From assembly GCA_963663865.1 (NCBI GenBank), contig OY760686.1:448001-512000 (forward strand): 64,000 bases of DNA, read 5' to 3'. Below are positions 18,403 to 27,877 of the stretch, in pieces. The notes below the pieces were generated by a model, which saw nothing but the letters and a program-made list of their open reading frames with translations, was not told where the DNA came from and searched no databases. Every line of letters starts with the position of its first letter. Positions within the stretch are counted from its first letter, which is position 1. Made by a program: the position numbers and the translations under genes. This DNA is from Spirochaetota bacterium (lineage in GTDB: Bacteria > Spirochaetota > UBA4802 > UBA5550).

Positions 18403-20649
18403 ATGAGGAAAATATTATTTTTGTCATTACTCATTATGACAGGTTTCTTCTTTGCCTGCGGTGATTCTGGCGGAGGCGGAACTGTTGTCATAGGTGATTG
18501 CGACGGAGCTCCGACTTTCGATGAGGCGAATCTTCCGGCAGTCGCTGCGACCGACGAGACTTTAATCGGTACTTTTAAGGCCTATGTAAACACAAAGGAC
18601 GAAAGTGATAACGATGTAACTGTATGTATGGATGTGAAATACAAGGACATCAACAGAAGCGGTTCAATGGACACCTATGAGGACTGGACAAAGACAGCTG
18701 AAGAAAGGGTAGCGGCTCTTGTGGCCGATACAGCTTTCACGACAGAAATGAAAGCCGGTCTACTGGTCAATGTCGATGTGACTGATCATGCTTTAACAGG
18801 TGTTCTTTCAACGGAACAGACAGCGGCTGTAACTGCCGGAGTGAGAATGTTCAGAACAACGACTAACGAAATCTCAGCAAGAAGCCGCGGTCTGTTCGCT
18901 AACAGCCTCCAGGCTGCTGCAGAGACTGGCGCTATCGCAATTCCGGTTCTTCTTACTTCCAATTTCTTGCCGTCATATCCTAACACTGCCAACGGAATGA
19001 GCCTATTCCCGGGAATGCCTGGGGTTGGAGCCGCTACGGTTGATGATCTTGATCTTGCCACTGGTATTGGCTCGGATGTCGCACAGGATCTAAGAGCAAT
19101 AGGAGTCGGCCTTGTGTTTGGACCTCAGGCAGACCTTGCTACTGAGCTCAGATGGTGGGGATCAACAAACCTTCTTGGAGAGGATGCTGCTACTGTTGGT
19201 TCACAGGTTGCCGCTATAGTAAAAGGCCTTCAGGGTGGAGACTCTCTCGCTTCAACAGGTGTTGCAGCGGTTGTTAACTACTTCCCGGGAGCGGGACCAC
19301 AGAAGAACGGTCTGGATTCAAGGGATGCTAATTCAACTCACATGATAGCATACGGCTCAGATGCCAATCTGGATTATCACATTCAGCCTTTCGAGAATGC
19401 TATTACAGCTGGCGCATGCGGAATCATGGCAGCACATGGAGCTCCTGAGGGAACAAGCGCGGCAGAGATATCTGTTTCTTACAACGAAGATCTTCTTACT
19501 ACGAGACTTAAGGGAACAATGGAATACACTGGACTTGTTTTCTCGGATTGGGGAGCTCTTGATACAACAGCCGCTGTTGGCGTAACGGCTTCTACAACAG
19601 CAGAAAAGATTAATGCTATGATCGCTGCCGGCTGCGATGTTATTACTGGTGTTTCTGACGCAGAAGCTTCAACAGCGCTTGATACAGTTAAAGCTCTTGA
19701 TTCAGCTGTGATTGATGCTGACGCTGAAAAGGTTTTGCTGATGATGTTTAAGCTTGGTCTTTTCGAAAATCCTTATCTGCTTAATTTTGACGGAGAGATT
19801 GACGGTACAGTAGCTCGAGATAATGTGGGGCTGGGAGCGAATGGTACCGAAGCTATGTCAAAACAGGTGGTTGTTCTTAAAAACACAGAAAAAAGTGGAG
19901 CGAAGGCATTCTTGCCCATGGATCCGGGCGTACCTTATGTGACACCGGGATCTAACCATTACTGGATAGATGACTCTGAGCTGTTTTCTTATGATGAGGC
20001 CGAGGTAGATTCAGCCGGATACTCAAAAGACACAAACTCACTGGTTCTTTGGGGAAACTATTCTGGTGGAACCTTCTCTGACCTGAGCGATTCAGACAAT
20101 GGTTATACAAGGTTCAGTGACACTGAGCCAGACTATCTTCTCACTAAAGCACGAAAGCTGTACGCACAGTATATAACTCACTTTATTGATGCTCCAAGGA
20201 AGGATGTGGACGACGCTGGAACATCTGACCCTGATGGCCTGCTCAGCTACTACTATGACCTTGATGAAGGAGTCAGCGGCCAGGAGGCGGCTGATAACGC
20301 CTCAGTTCTAGCCAAGGTTAGAGAGAATTCAGATCTTGTGAACGGCTGGGACGGAACAATTTACGTTGTAATTGTTAATATGGAAAGGCCTGGTTATGTA
20401 CTCAATGAGATATACAACTTGGCTGATTGTGTAATACTTCACTGGGGTTCTAATACCAAGTATCTCTTTGACACTCTTCACAATGTCGATGCAAAGCTAA
20501 CAGAAGGTAGGCTGCCGGTTTCTCTTCCTGCTACAAACGTGGAAGTTGAAGGCGGAGATTCAGCTGTGCCTACTGATGTTGATTCTGTTTCTGACACATG
20601 GAGAAAAAGAGGTCACCAGATAATCCTTACTCCTCTTAGTGAGAGATAA
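18403..20649 (+). CDS. GH3-fold lipoprotein, paralog 1 (divergent active site)
   Basis: AGGAGG RBS, lipobox FFFAC, YKDINRSGSMDTYEDW, GPQADLATE, FPGAGPQ, SDWG, LGLFENPY, GRLPVSLP. Confidence 0.85.
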   Translation: MRKILFLSLLIMTGFFFACGDSGGGGTVVIGDCDGAPTFDEANLPAVAATDETLIGTFKAYVNTKDESDNDVTVCMDVKYKDINRSGSMDTYEDWTKTAEERVAALVADTAFTTEMKAGLLVNVDVTDHALTGVLSTEQTAAVTAGVRMFRTTTNEISARSRGLFANSLQAAAETGAIAIPVLLTSNFLPSYPNTANGMSLFPGMPGVGAATVDDLDLATGIGSDVAQDLRAIGVGLVFGPQADLATELRWWGSTNLLGEDAATVGSQVAAIVKGLQGGDSLASTGVAAVVNYFPGAGPQKNGLDSRDANSTHMIAYGSDANLDYHIQPFENAITAGACGIMAAHGAPEGTSAAEISVSYNEDLLTTRLKGTMEYTGLVFSDWGALDTTAAVGVTASTTAEKINAMIAAGCDVITGVSDAEASTALDTVKALDSAVIDADAEKVLLMMFKLGLFENPYLLNFDGEIDGTVARDNVGLGANGTEAMSKQVVVLKNTEKSGAKAFLPMDPGVPYVTPGSNHYWIDDSELFSYDEAEVDSAGYSKDTNSLVLWGNYSGGTFSDLSDSDNGYTRFSDTEPDYLLTKARKLYAQYITHFIDAPRKDVDDAGTSDPDGLLSYYYDLDEGVSGQEAADNASVLAKVRENSDLVNGWDGTIYVVIVNMERPGYVLNEIYNLADCVILHWGSNTKYLFDTLHNVDAKLTEGRLPVSLPATNVEVEGGDSAVPTDVDSVSDTWRKRGHQIILTPLSER

Positions 20650-20676
20650 CAAGTTAGTCACACAATTGAAAACTAT

Positions 20677-20702
20677 AAAAAGCCGCCCTCGGGCGGCTTT
20701 TT
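20677..20702. terminator. Bidirectional intrinsic terminator
   Basis: AAAAAGCCGCCC-TC-GGGCGGCTTTTT between convergent genes. Confidence 0.9.
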
Positions 20703-20742
20703 ATATTAATTTGCTTGATCAATCTATTCTACTCAATGGCTA

Positions 20743-21498
20743 TTATGCCCTACTGGCCTCAATTATCAGAGGAAGTCTGCCCCCGGCCGGTTCTTTCTTC
20801 CACGAACCATAAATTCCATTAATCGTAAACCCCGATTCCTTCAGAAGACCTGCCAGTTCAGCGGAACGGAGAGGGTAGAGTGTTATAGCAGAAGAGGTTT
20901 TTCCTGCTGAGGTTTCAATCACTGCTGTGAATTCCAGAGTGTTTTTGTCAATAAATCTGTATAGTCTGCGGAAAACAACTTTTTCAGTCTGTATGATCGG
21001 CAGTTCATTTATGTTATTCTGATATATATAATCATAGTCTAAAATCTGGAGAAGAAGCTTCCCTCCCGGTTTTGTAATGCTGAAAGCGGAGTTAAGAAAT
21101 ACAGCAAGGGGTGGTAAACCGGCCTTGTCGGTAGAGTGCGCAGGAAGGTGGGTTATGGTATTTCCTGTTGATATTACAGCATCATAGTTCTTTCCCTCTT
21201 TAACAGGTGGAATCTCCATAATACAATCAAGATCGGCTTTGTAAAAGGAGATAGGCAGCTCCGGATTTATTTGCTTAAGTATATTTGAAGCCTTGATCAT
21301 GCTTATATCCGAGTCTACTCCGTCCGAGGAAAAACCACGCCTGGCCAGCTCGAGAGTCAAAAGACCAGTGCCGCTGCCCGCGTCGAGAAGAAGCGGGCTT
21401 TGTTTCCCGGAAAGCATATCCTCGATATAATCGACTGTGTCCATATTAACCGGGAAAAAGGAGTTATAGTACTCCGCAAGATGCTCATAGAATTGCAT
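20743..21498 (-). CDS. Class I SAM-dependent methyltransferase
   Basis: LLDAGSGTG, GVD, GNTITHL, KPGGKLLLQ. Confidence 0.9.
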   Translation of the reverse strand: MQFYEHLAEYYNSFFPVNMDTVDYIEDMLSGKQSPLLLDAGSGTGLLTLELARRGFSSDGVDSDISMIKASNILKQINPELPISFYKADLDCIMEIPPVKEGKNYDAVISTGNTITHLPAHSTDKAGLPPLAVFLNSAFSITKPGGKLLLQILDYDYIYQNNINELPIIQTEKVVFRRLYRFIDKNTLEFTAVIETSAGKTSSAITLYPLRSAELAGLLKESGFTINGIYGSWKKEPAGGRLPLIIEASRA

Positions 21499-21516
21499 AT
21501 TCTTACCTCACTTTGT

Positions 21517-21951
21517 TCAGATTTTTTCCCATGATTCAACCGGGCCCTCTATAACGTAAAAAAGGTCATGATGACGGGGTATGCCAACTTCTGTAAGCAG
21601 CGGCATTCTTGAAGGGTCGCGTTTCGCAAGTTTTCTTAAAAGGTGTTTTTTTTCATAGAGCAGTTGTCCTGACGTGACAGGGATTCTATCTAAAAAAGCG
21701 GCGGGCGGGGCGGAGATTTTTGAACCGCTGAAGCGATATCCCCGGGAAAGAGACTCTGAGTAGACAACATGGAGATATTGGACTATATAGAGAGCCGGGT
21801 CTGCGCTGCGTATAAACCTTAAAAGCTGGGGATGGTTCCGGTATCCGCGTGTCTTGCCGAGAATTACTGCCTGGGCGAGCAGAGCTTCGCGCCAGAGGGC
21901 GGTCAGTCCTTTGACGTCCAGATATTCGGGGCTAATGGACCAGAGTCTCAT
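21517..21951 (-). CDS. Pyrimidine dimer DNA glycosylase / T4 endonuclease V-like protein
   Basis: MRLWSISPEYLDVKGLTALWRE, GYRNHPQLLRF, RGYRF, VTSGQLLYE..HL..KL..RDP. Confidence 0.85.
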   Translation of the reverse strand: MRLWSISPEYLDVKGLTALWREALLAQAVILGKTRGYRNHPQLLRFIRSADPALYIVQYLHVVYSESLSRGYRFSGSKISAPPAAFLDRIPVTSGQLLYEKKHLLRKLAKRDPSRMPLLTEVGIPRHHDLFYVIEGPVESWEKI

Positions 21952-22595
21952 AAAGCCGCCGCTGAGATAAAAATTCTCGCAGAAAGAACGATATAAACCA
22001 GCGCTACGGCGAGCTTGAGTATGGTGTCCGCCCTGCTTGAGCCTGATCTGAATGTTGAAGTCAGGGCTGAGGCGCCAAGCGACAGGGCAGAAAAAACAGT
22101 CAGAGCGGAGATCATAAAAATAATGCCAAAAGCCGATATTTGGACAGCGGCAGGCGAATAGCCTGGAGAAACGAACTGAGGCAGATAGGCCAGGAAGAAA
22201 AGTGTTACCTTCGGGTTCGTTATATTCATGACTATTCCTCTGAGGTATAGTGACCTGGCCGATTTAGGAGTGGTTTTTTGCTCCGGTTCAGAAGGCTGCG
22301 GGAAAAGAATTGCTTTAACAGAAATGGCAGACAGATAGAGGAGGTAGGCACCTCCAAGAAGTGTAATCAGCTTCAGGAGTCCTGGTGAAGCTTTTAAAAT
22401 GGCTGCTAATCCTAAAGCAGCAGCAGCGGTGTGAAAGATAAGGCCGGTGCAGAGTCCCAGAGTTACCAGAACTCCAGTTTTCCAACCGTGCGCGGCTGAC
22501 TGGGCAAGCACGAAGATGTTATCAGGGCCGGGGGCTGCAGCCAACAGCAGCGATGAGCCAAAGAATAAAACTGCATTTTGAGGATCAATTATCAT
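21948..22595 (-). CDS. LysE/RhtB family exporter
   Basis: PGPDNIFV, GAYLLYL, NITNPKVTLFFLAYLPQF. Multiple TM helices. Confidence 0.93.
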   Translation of the reverse strand: MIIDPQNAVLFFGSSLLLAAAPGPDNIFVLAQSAAHGWKTGVLVTLGLCTGLIFHTAAAALGLAAILKASPGLLKLITLLGGAYLLYLSAISVKAILFPQPSEPEQKTTPKSARSLYLRGIVMNITNPKVTLFFLAYLPQFVSPGYSPAAVQISAFGIIFMISALTVFSALSLGASALTSTFRSGSSRADTILKLAVALVYIVLSARIFISAAAL

Positions 22596-22804
22596 ATCTG
22601 AACCTGAAGTAAGTTATTGGAAAGATTTTAGATTGAAATTCCATTTAGTCAAGGTAAAGAAAAATATACTGTTTTTTCCCAAGAATGATCAATGCTTTGG
22701 TGTGAATGGAGGAAGAAAAAAATCATTTAATTTCATTTTTTTTGTTAAAAAGAATTAGAAAATGACACTTAAACAATATAAAGAAGATGTAATGGAGAAG
22801 TGCT

Positions 22805-25105
22805 ATGAAAAACATAATTCTGACAAGTTTTTGTATAATTGCTTTGCTGTCACTTTCAGCTTGTTTTGACAGCGAGAAGGTTTATCCTGAAATGAGTGAT
22901 GGAGTCAGTGTTTCACCGGAATGTGAAGGTGTAGAAGTACCTAATGAAAAATCAATACCACTGGTTATCGCCTCAGATGAAAATCTGGTGCAGTATTACA
23001 GCATATTGGGTAGCGACGGCGAAACAGTCTGCGGGAAAATTCCTTATAAGGATATCAACCGGAATGGAGAGATGGACATCTACGAGGACTGGAGGCTTTC
23101 TGCCGATGAGAGGGCTGAAGCTCTTGTTTCGGATGAGATTTTTAATAAAGATATGAAAGCAGCTCTCATGATCAATGTAAATTTGTACGGTCCGATCTGG
23201 TGGGAGACTGTCTGGAAAATCGAAGGAAACGCTGTCGATATGGGTATTAGGCTTTTCAAGACACAAGAAAACAAAGTGTACCCGATTGACCATGTATACC
23301 CGGCTGACAGGGGAGATTATTATAACAGCCTGCAGGTCGCGGCCGAAAGTGCGCAGTTGGCACTGCCGGCCCTTGTGTCTTCCGAGATGCTGCCGGCATA
23401 TCCAAATACGGCAAAGGGAATGACAGAGTTTCCCGGAATGCCCGGGCTCGGTGCAGCTTCATACAGCAATTTGCCTCTGGCAAAGCAGATGGCGGGAGAT
23501 ATAGCAGCTGATCTTTCTGCAGTAGGCGTGAGGCTTGTATTTGGGCCCCAGGCGGACCTGGCAACAGAGCTGAGATGGAAAGAGGCAGAGAACCTTCTCG
23601 GAGAAGATCCTGATATGGTCGCGGATCAGATATACGAAATGGTAGAAGGCTTTCAGGGAGGTACGACTCTTAAAAAGTCAGGGGTTGCTGCGGCGGTAAA
23701 GTCCTTCCCCGGAGCAGGGCCTCAGAAGAACGGGATAGATTCAAGGAGTGCCATGTCAACACATAGACTGGCGTACGGCACAACGGATAAGCTCAGTTCC
23801 CACATGAAGCCGTTTGAGTTGGCAATATCAGCCGGTGCTTCAGCAATAGTCGCCGCGCATGGCATCCCTGAGTGCCCTGGAATTGAAGATGTGCCGGTTT
23901 CATACAATGAATATCTCCTGAAGGATGTTCTGCGGGAAGATCTCGGATTTGACGGGCTGGTTTTTTCAGACCGGGACGCGCTTGAGTCTGGAACTGAGAT
24001 GGGTGTGACGGCAGGAAGTCGCGCGGAAAAAGCATCCGCAATGGTACTGGCCGGCTGTGATGTAATAAACGGCGTAAGGCTAATGCCGGAAGGTGTTGAG
24101 GTAGAATCGGATGATGAAATTCAGCCTGAAGTCAGCGATATTATCTCTGCAATTGGAGCCCTTGATTCTGATCTTGTGGATGCCTCAGCGAAAAGAATTA
24201 TCAAAGTAATGATACAGCTGGGTCTCTTTGAAAATCCGTATATTGTCGATTCTCACAACGAAATAAATGGAACAAGCGCAAGGATTTATACAGGAAGAGG
24301 TATATACGGTTACCTTGCCATGCAGCAGCAGCTCGTGCTTCTGAAGAATACTAAAAAGACTGGATTGGCGTCTCTTCCTCTTGATCCCGGAGTTCCTTAT
24401 GAGAGGATGAGTACTTTATTCTACGTGCAGGATGATTCCGAAAGCTTTGATTTCGACTACGAAAACCCTGAAGTTGTTTCTTATTCGATGGGGACATGGA
24501 ATTCGCAGGTATGGGGAAACTATGATGATGTTGATGGTGAGTATTCAAATCTGCAAACTACGGAAGGTGATGGCCTGACGAAGTTTGAAGGCGAACAGCT
24601 TGAAGATGCTCAAAAGCTTTTTTCGAATGTAATTTTGCATTTTGTAGACGCGCCTGAATCGGCTGAAGATGAAGCTTCTTCCGGTACAGCTGGGATTTTA
24701 AGCTATTACTACGATCTTGACGCCGGGGTAAGCGGCGGGTCCTCTGCCGAAAACGCCGCGATTTTGGAGAAGGTAAGGTATAACGCCGAGCTTGTCAGCG
24801 GGTCAGAGGATACATTGTATGTTGTTCTTGTTTCGATGAAGAAACCGGCATATGTTCTTGATGAAATATACGATTTAGCCGACGCGGTTATACTGCACTG
24901 GGGGACGACTACTGAGGATTTGCTTACCGTCTTATTTAATGACGGGTATAAAAACACATCGGGCAGCCTGGCTGTGGGGCTCCCGAGTTCGAATCAGGAG
25001 GTCGAAGAGGGTGATTCCGCATTGCCTTCATTCTATGATCCGGAGAGAGACGAACCCTGGAAGGCAAGGGGATATGTTGATTATATGACCTCGCTTCCGC
25101 GTTAA
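22805..25105 (+). CDS. GH3-fold lipoprotein, paralog 2 (divergent active site)
   Basis: GGAG RBS, lipobox LSLSAC, YKDINRNGEMDIYEDW, GPQADLATELRW, SFPGAGPQKNG, LGLFENPY. Collinear with 18403..20649. Confidence 0.85.
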   Translation: MKNIILTSFCIIALLSLSACFDSEKVYPEMSDGVSVSPECEGVEVPNEKSIPLVIASDENLVQYYSILGSDGETVCGKIPYKDINRNGEMDIYEDWRLSADERAEALVSDEIFNKDMKAALMINVNLYGPIWWETVWKIEGNAVDMGIRLFKTQENKVYPIDHVYPADRGDYYNSLQVAAESAQLALPALVSSEMLPAYPNTAKGMTEFPGMPGLGAASYSNLPLAKQMAGDIAADLSAVGVRLVFGPQADLATELRWKEAENLLGEDPDMVADQIYEMVEGFQGGTTLKKSGVAAAVKSFPGAGPQKNGIDSRSAMSTHRLAYGTTDKLSSHMKPFELAISAGASAIVAAHGIPECPGIEDVPVSYNEYLLKDVLREDLGFDGLVFSDRDALESGTEMGVTAGSRAEKASAMVLAGCDVINGVRLMPEGVEVESDDEIQPEVSDIISAIGALDSDLVDASAKRIIKVMIQLGLFENPYIVDSHNEINGTSARIYTGRGIYGYLAMQQQLVLLKNTKKTGLASLPLDPGVPYERMSTLFYVQDDSESFDFDYENPEVVSYSMGTWNSQVWGNYDDVDGEYSNLQTTEGDGLTKFEGEQLEDAQKLFSNVILHFVDAPESAEDEASSGTAGILSYYYDLDAGVSGGSSAENAAILEKVRYNAELVSGSEDTLYVVLVSMKKPAYVLDEIYDLADAVILHWGTTTEDLLTVLFNDGYKNTSGSLAVGLPSSNQEVEEGDSALPSFYDPERDEPWKARGYVDYMTSLPR

Positions 25106-25108
25106 ATC

Positions 25109-25134
25109 AGGCCGCCTTCGGGCGGCTTTTTTTT
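25109..25134 (+). terminator. Intrinsic terminator
   Basis: GCCGCC-TTCG-GGCGGC followed by T8. Confidence 0.92.
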
Positions 25135-25169
25135 GATTTCAGCACAATCCATCAACCCACTAAAAAAGC

Positions 25170-25198
25170 TTTACCGATCAGAATAATCAATTTATAAT
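25170..25198 (+). promoter_or_regulatory. Putative sigma70 promoter
   Basis: TTTACC-N17-TATAAT. Confidence 0.45.
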
Positions 25199-25426
25199 TT
25201 TCTACGTGACCGGGGAATAAGAAGCAGGGACTTCTGCAGATTAGATACGCTTGCACTGTTCCTTTAAGAACAGTAAAAACAGGAGGATTTGAGCAATTCT
25301 TCAAAAAAAAAGTGTACACTTTCTCTGTGTTTATTATTTAATGCTGTTGAACTGTTAAATGATGTTCAGCTTTTCAATTATGTGATTCAGTTGCGAATTG
25401 AGTCAATGTAAAAACTGCTCTGGTTC

Positions 25427-25455
25427 TTGACAGGCATAAAACGGAATCGTATAAA
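25427..25455 (+). promoter_or_regulatory. Putative sigma70 promoter of the GT4 operon
   Basis: TTGACA-N17-TATAAA about 20 nt before ATG 25475. Confidence 0.6.
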
Positions 25456-25474
25456 TCAGTCAATGGATGATGGT

Positions 25475-26647
25475 ATGAAGATACTAATAATTAACTATGA
25501 GTTTCCGCCGCTGGGCGGGGGGGGCGGTGTTGCTTCATTCGACCTCGCGCTTGAGTGGGCGAAGCATGGACAGGTCGATGTGCTGACTTCCACTTTCGGG
25601 GATCTCCCGGCGTTTGAAACGGTTGAAGGTATAAATATTCACAGAGTTAAAGTCCTTTTCCGTAAGTCCAGGGATGCCGCTTCCTTCCCATCAATGCTTT
25701 CATATCTATTCACGGGTTTTGCAGCAGGACTTCGCCTGATGCGCGCTAACAGATACGACGTGATAAACACACATTTCGCTGTCCCTTCAGGCCCGCTTGG
25801 GTATATTCTCGGAAAAATGTTCAAGGTTCCTAATGTCCTTTCGATTCATGGGGGGGATATATACGATCCGAGTAAGAAAACTTCTCCCCACAGAAGCCGT
25901 ATATTCCGTGCTGTTGTCCGGTTTATTCTAAAGCGCGCGGATGAGGTAGTAGCTCAGTCTTCAAACACACGCGACAATGCTGTGAAGTACTATCAGCCTC
26001 CAAAAGAGGTAATGATTATACCGCTGGCTTTTCATCCGCCGAAGATCAAAAAGGCAGGTCGGAAAGGGCTTGAACTGAGAGACGATGAATTTATTATGAT
26101 TACGGTAGGGCGTCTTGTAAAAAGAAAAGCAGTTGATGTTCAAATAGAGGCATTGTCAAAACTAAAGAGCAAAGATATCAGGCTCATTGTTATGGGAGAC
26201 GGTCCGGAAATGGACTATCTAATTGAAAAAAGCCTTGAACTTGGCGTAAGCGACAGAATCACATTTACCGGATATTTGTCCGATAAAGAGAAGTTTTCAT
26301 ATCTTTCAGCAGCAGATCTCTTTGTAATGACATCGCTGCATGAAGGCTTTGGCATTGTTTTTATGGAGGCTATGAACTACGGGCTGCCCATTGTTTCAAC
26401 CAATCATGGCGGACAGGTGGATTTTCTAACGCATGAAGAAAACGCTCTCCTGATAAATGTCGGCGATGTTGAAGGCTGCGCGGAATCAATAAGCAGGTTT
26501 ATGTCAGACAGTGTTCTTTACAGGAAATGTTCCAAAAACAACATGGCAAAAGTTAAACAGTTTTATGCTGAAGCTGTAGCGGGCAGATACAGCGATGTTT
26601 TCATGTCACTGGCTGAAAAAAGAAGAGGAAAAGGAAAGAGACAGTAA
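25475..26647 (+). CDS. Glycosyltransferase family 4
   Basis: MKILIINYEFPPLGGG, HGGD, VGRLVKRK, GDGP, EGFGIVFMEAM (Ex7E). Start at ATG 25475. Confidence 0.93.
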   Translation: MKILIINYEFPPLGGGGGVASFDLALEWAKHGQVDVLTSTFGDLPAFETVEGINIHRVKVLFRKSRDAASFPSMLSYLFTGFAAGLRLMRANRYDVINTHFAVPSGPLGYILGKMFKVPNVLSIHGGDIYDPSKKTSPHRSRIFRAVVRFILKRADEVVAQSSNTRDNAVKYYQPPKEVMIIPLAFHPPKIKKAGRKGLELRDDEFIMITVGRLVKRKAVDVQIEALSKLKSKDIRLIVMGDGPEMDYLIEKSLELGVSDRITFTGYLSDKEKFSYLSAADLFVMTSLHEGFGIVFMEAMNYGLPIVSTNHGGQVDFLTHEENALLINVGDVEGCAESISRFMSDSVLYRKCSKNNMAKVKQFYAEAVAGRYSDVFMSLAEKRRGKGKRQ

Positions 26648-27316
26648 ATGCCGATAGCCATTCTCTCAGCAAGCAATGAGTTCATTGAGGACATAAGAAA
26701 TAACCTCGAAACAGGCTCTTTTCAGATTTTCAGAGGCGTTGACTCGCTGAAGGGGGAGAGCGTTCACGCGGTTGTAGTAGATGTAGATGTCCTGGAAGCC
26801 CCTGATTCCATACAGTTTTATCTTTCCAAGCTCAGGAAAAAAATTCATGACAGGCCTGTACTCATTGTCTTGAGGGTTAAGGACCTTGACTCGTTAAGCC
26901 GCGAGTGGTTTATGAATGATTTTATACTCTATCCTTTCAGAAAAGGGGAGCTTCAGGCAAGGCTCAGGTTACTGACAGGAGATGTTGAAGGAGAGAATGA
27001 AGATATTGCTGAAGGAAATATTCGGATAAATCTTGCCGAGTATTCTGTCTACCTCAATGATGAGAAGCTGGAGCTGACTTATAAAGAATTTGAACTTCTT
27101 CGTTTGTTTTTTACTAACAGGGGTGTTGTTTTCTCACGCAAGGAGATTCTTAACCGTATATGGGGAGTCGAGTATATCGGAGGAACACGGACGGTTGACG
27201 TACACATAAGAAGGCTCAGAGTAAAACTTGGCGAAGGTTTTGACAATGTGATTGAGACTGTGAGAAATGTCGGCTACCGCTGCCGCCAGGAAGCTCTAAA
27301 AAATAACTTGCCATAA
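26648..27316 (+). CDS. OmpR/PhoB-type winged-helix regulator with atypical receiver domain
   Basis: LTYKEFELL, VFSRKEIL..IWG, RTVDVHIRRLRVKL, IETVRNVGY. The N-terminus lacks the acidic pair and the conserved Lys (DFILYPF). Confidence 0.88.
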   Translation: MPIAILSASNEFIEDIRNNLETGSFQIFRGVDSLKGESVHAVVVDVDVLEAPDSIQFYLSKLRKKIHDRPVLIVLRVKDLDSLSREWFMNDFILYPFRKGELQARLRLLTGDVEGENEDIAEGNIRINLAEYSVYLNDEKLELTYKEFELLRLFFTNRGVVFSRKEILNRIWGVEYIGGTRTVDVHIRRLRVKLGEGFDNVIETVRNVGYRCRQEALKNNLP

Positions 27317-27390
27317 AACGGGCTGGTGGAATAATGCCGGCATGCTGTTCAACTTCCCCTGAACAGTTTACCACTACGCGAGGTTTTTAA

Positions 27391-27873
27391 ATGAACCAGG
27401 AAAAAAAGATCGAGAAGATTCTCGATATAGCCATGACTGAAGAGCTTAACGAATATGAGGATCTTCTGAAAGTTCTGAAAAAAAGACTGCCCTTCATTGG
27501 AAGGACAAAACGAATTGCTGCTGCTGTTCTTAAGGAACACCTCGGAAGCATATCGAGACTTGATATCTCCTCTTTCACGAGAACTGACAGGACTGAGACA
27601 GGCAAAATCGTTTTCGAAGACATCAAGGACGGAAGAGCAAGACTATTCATCAACGTCGGTAAAAACCAGCGTATTTCCACAGGGGATCTTATTAGAGAAA
27701 TTGTTAAAAGATCCGGTATTGACGGTAAGACTATTGGAAAGATCGATGTCCATGGAACCTACTCATTTTTTGAAGTCCCGGAACAGTATGCCGAACTTGT
27801 GTATCATTCATTCGATGACGCCAAAATCCGCGGTATGAATGTTGTAGTTGAACCGGCCAAAAGGCGTAAATAG
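27391..27873 (+). CDS. Standalone DbpA-type RNA-binding domain protein
   Basis: RLFINVGKNQRISTGDL...IGKIDVHGTYSFFEV...VVEPA. No helicase motifs. Confidence 0.85.
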   Translation: MNQEKKIEKILDIAMTEELNEYEDLLKVLKKRLPFIGRTKRIAAAVLKEHLGSISRLDISSFTRTDRTETGKIVFEDIKDGRARLFINVGKNQRISTGDLIREIVKRSGIDGKTIGKIDVHGTYSFFEVPEQYAELVYHSFDDAKIRGMNVVVEPAKRRK

Positions 27874-27877
27874 TGTT

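Noticed and set aside
21517-21951. Endonuclease V-like gene as a prophage marker
   Set aside because: The family is common in bacteria, and no phage structural or integrase genes are in the window.
25427-25474. TTG start for the GT4 gene
   Set aside because: That TTG is the -35 TTGACA. The family-typical start is MKILII at 25475.
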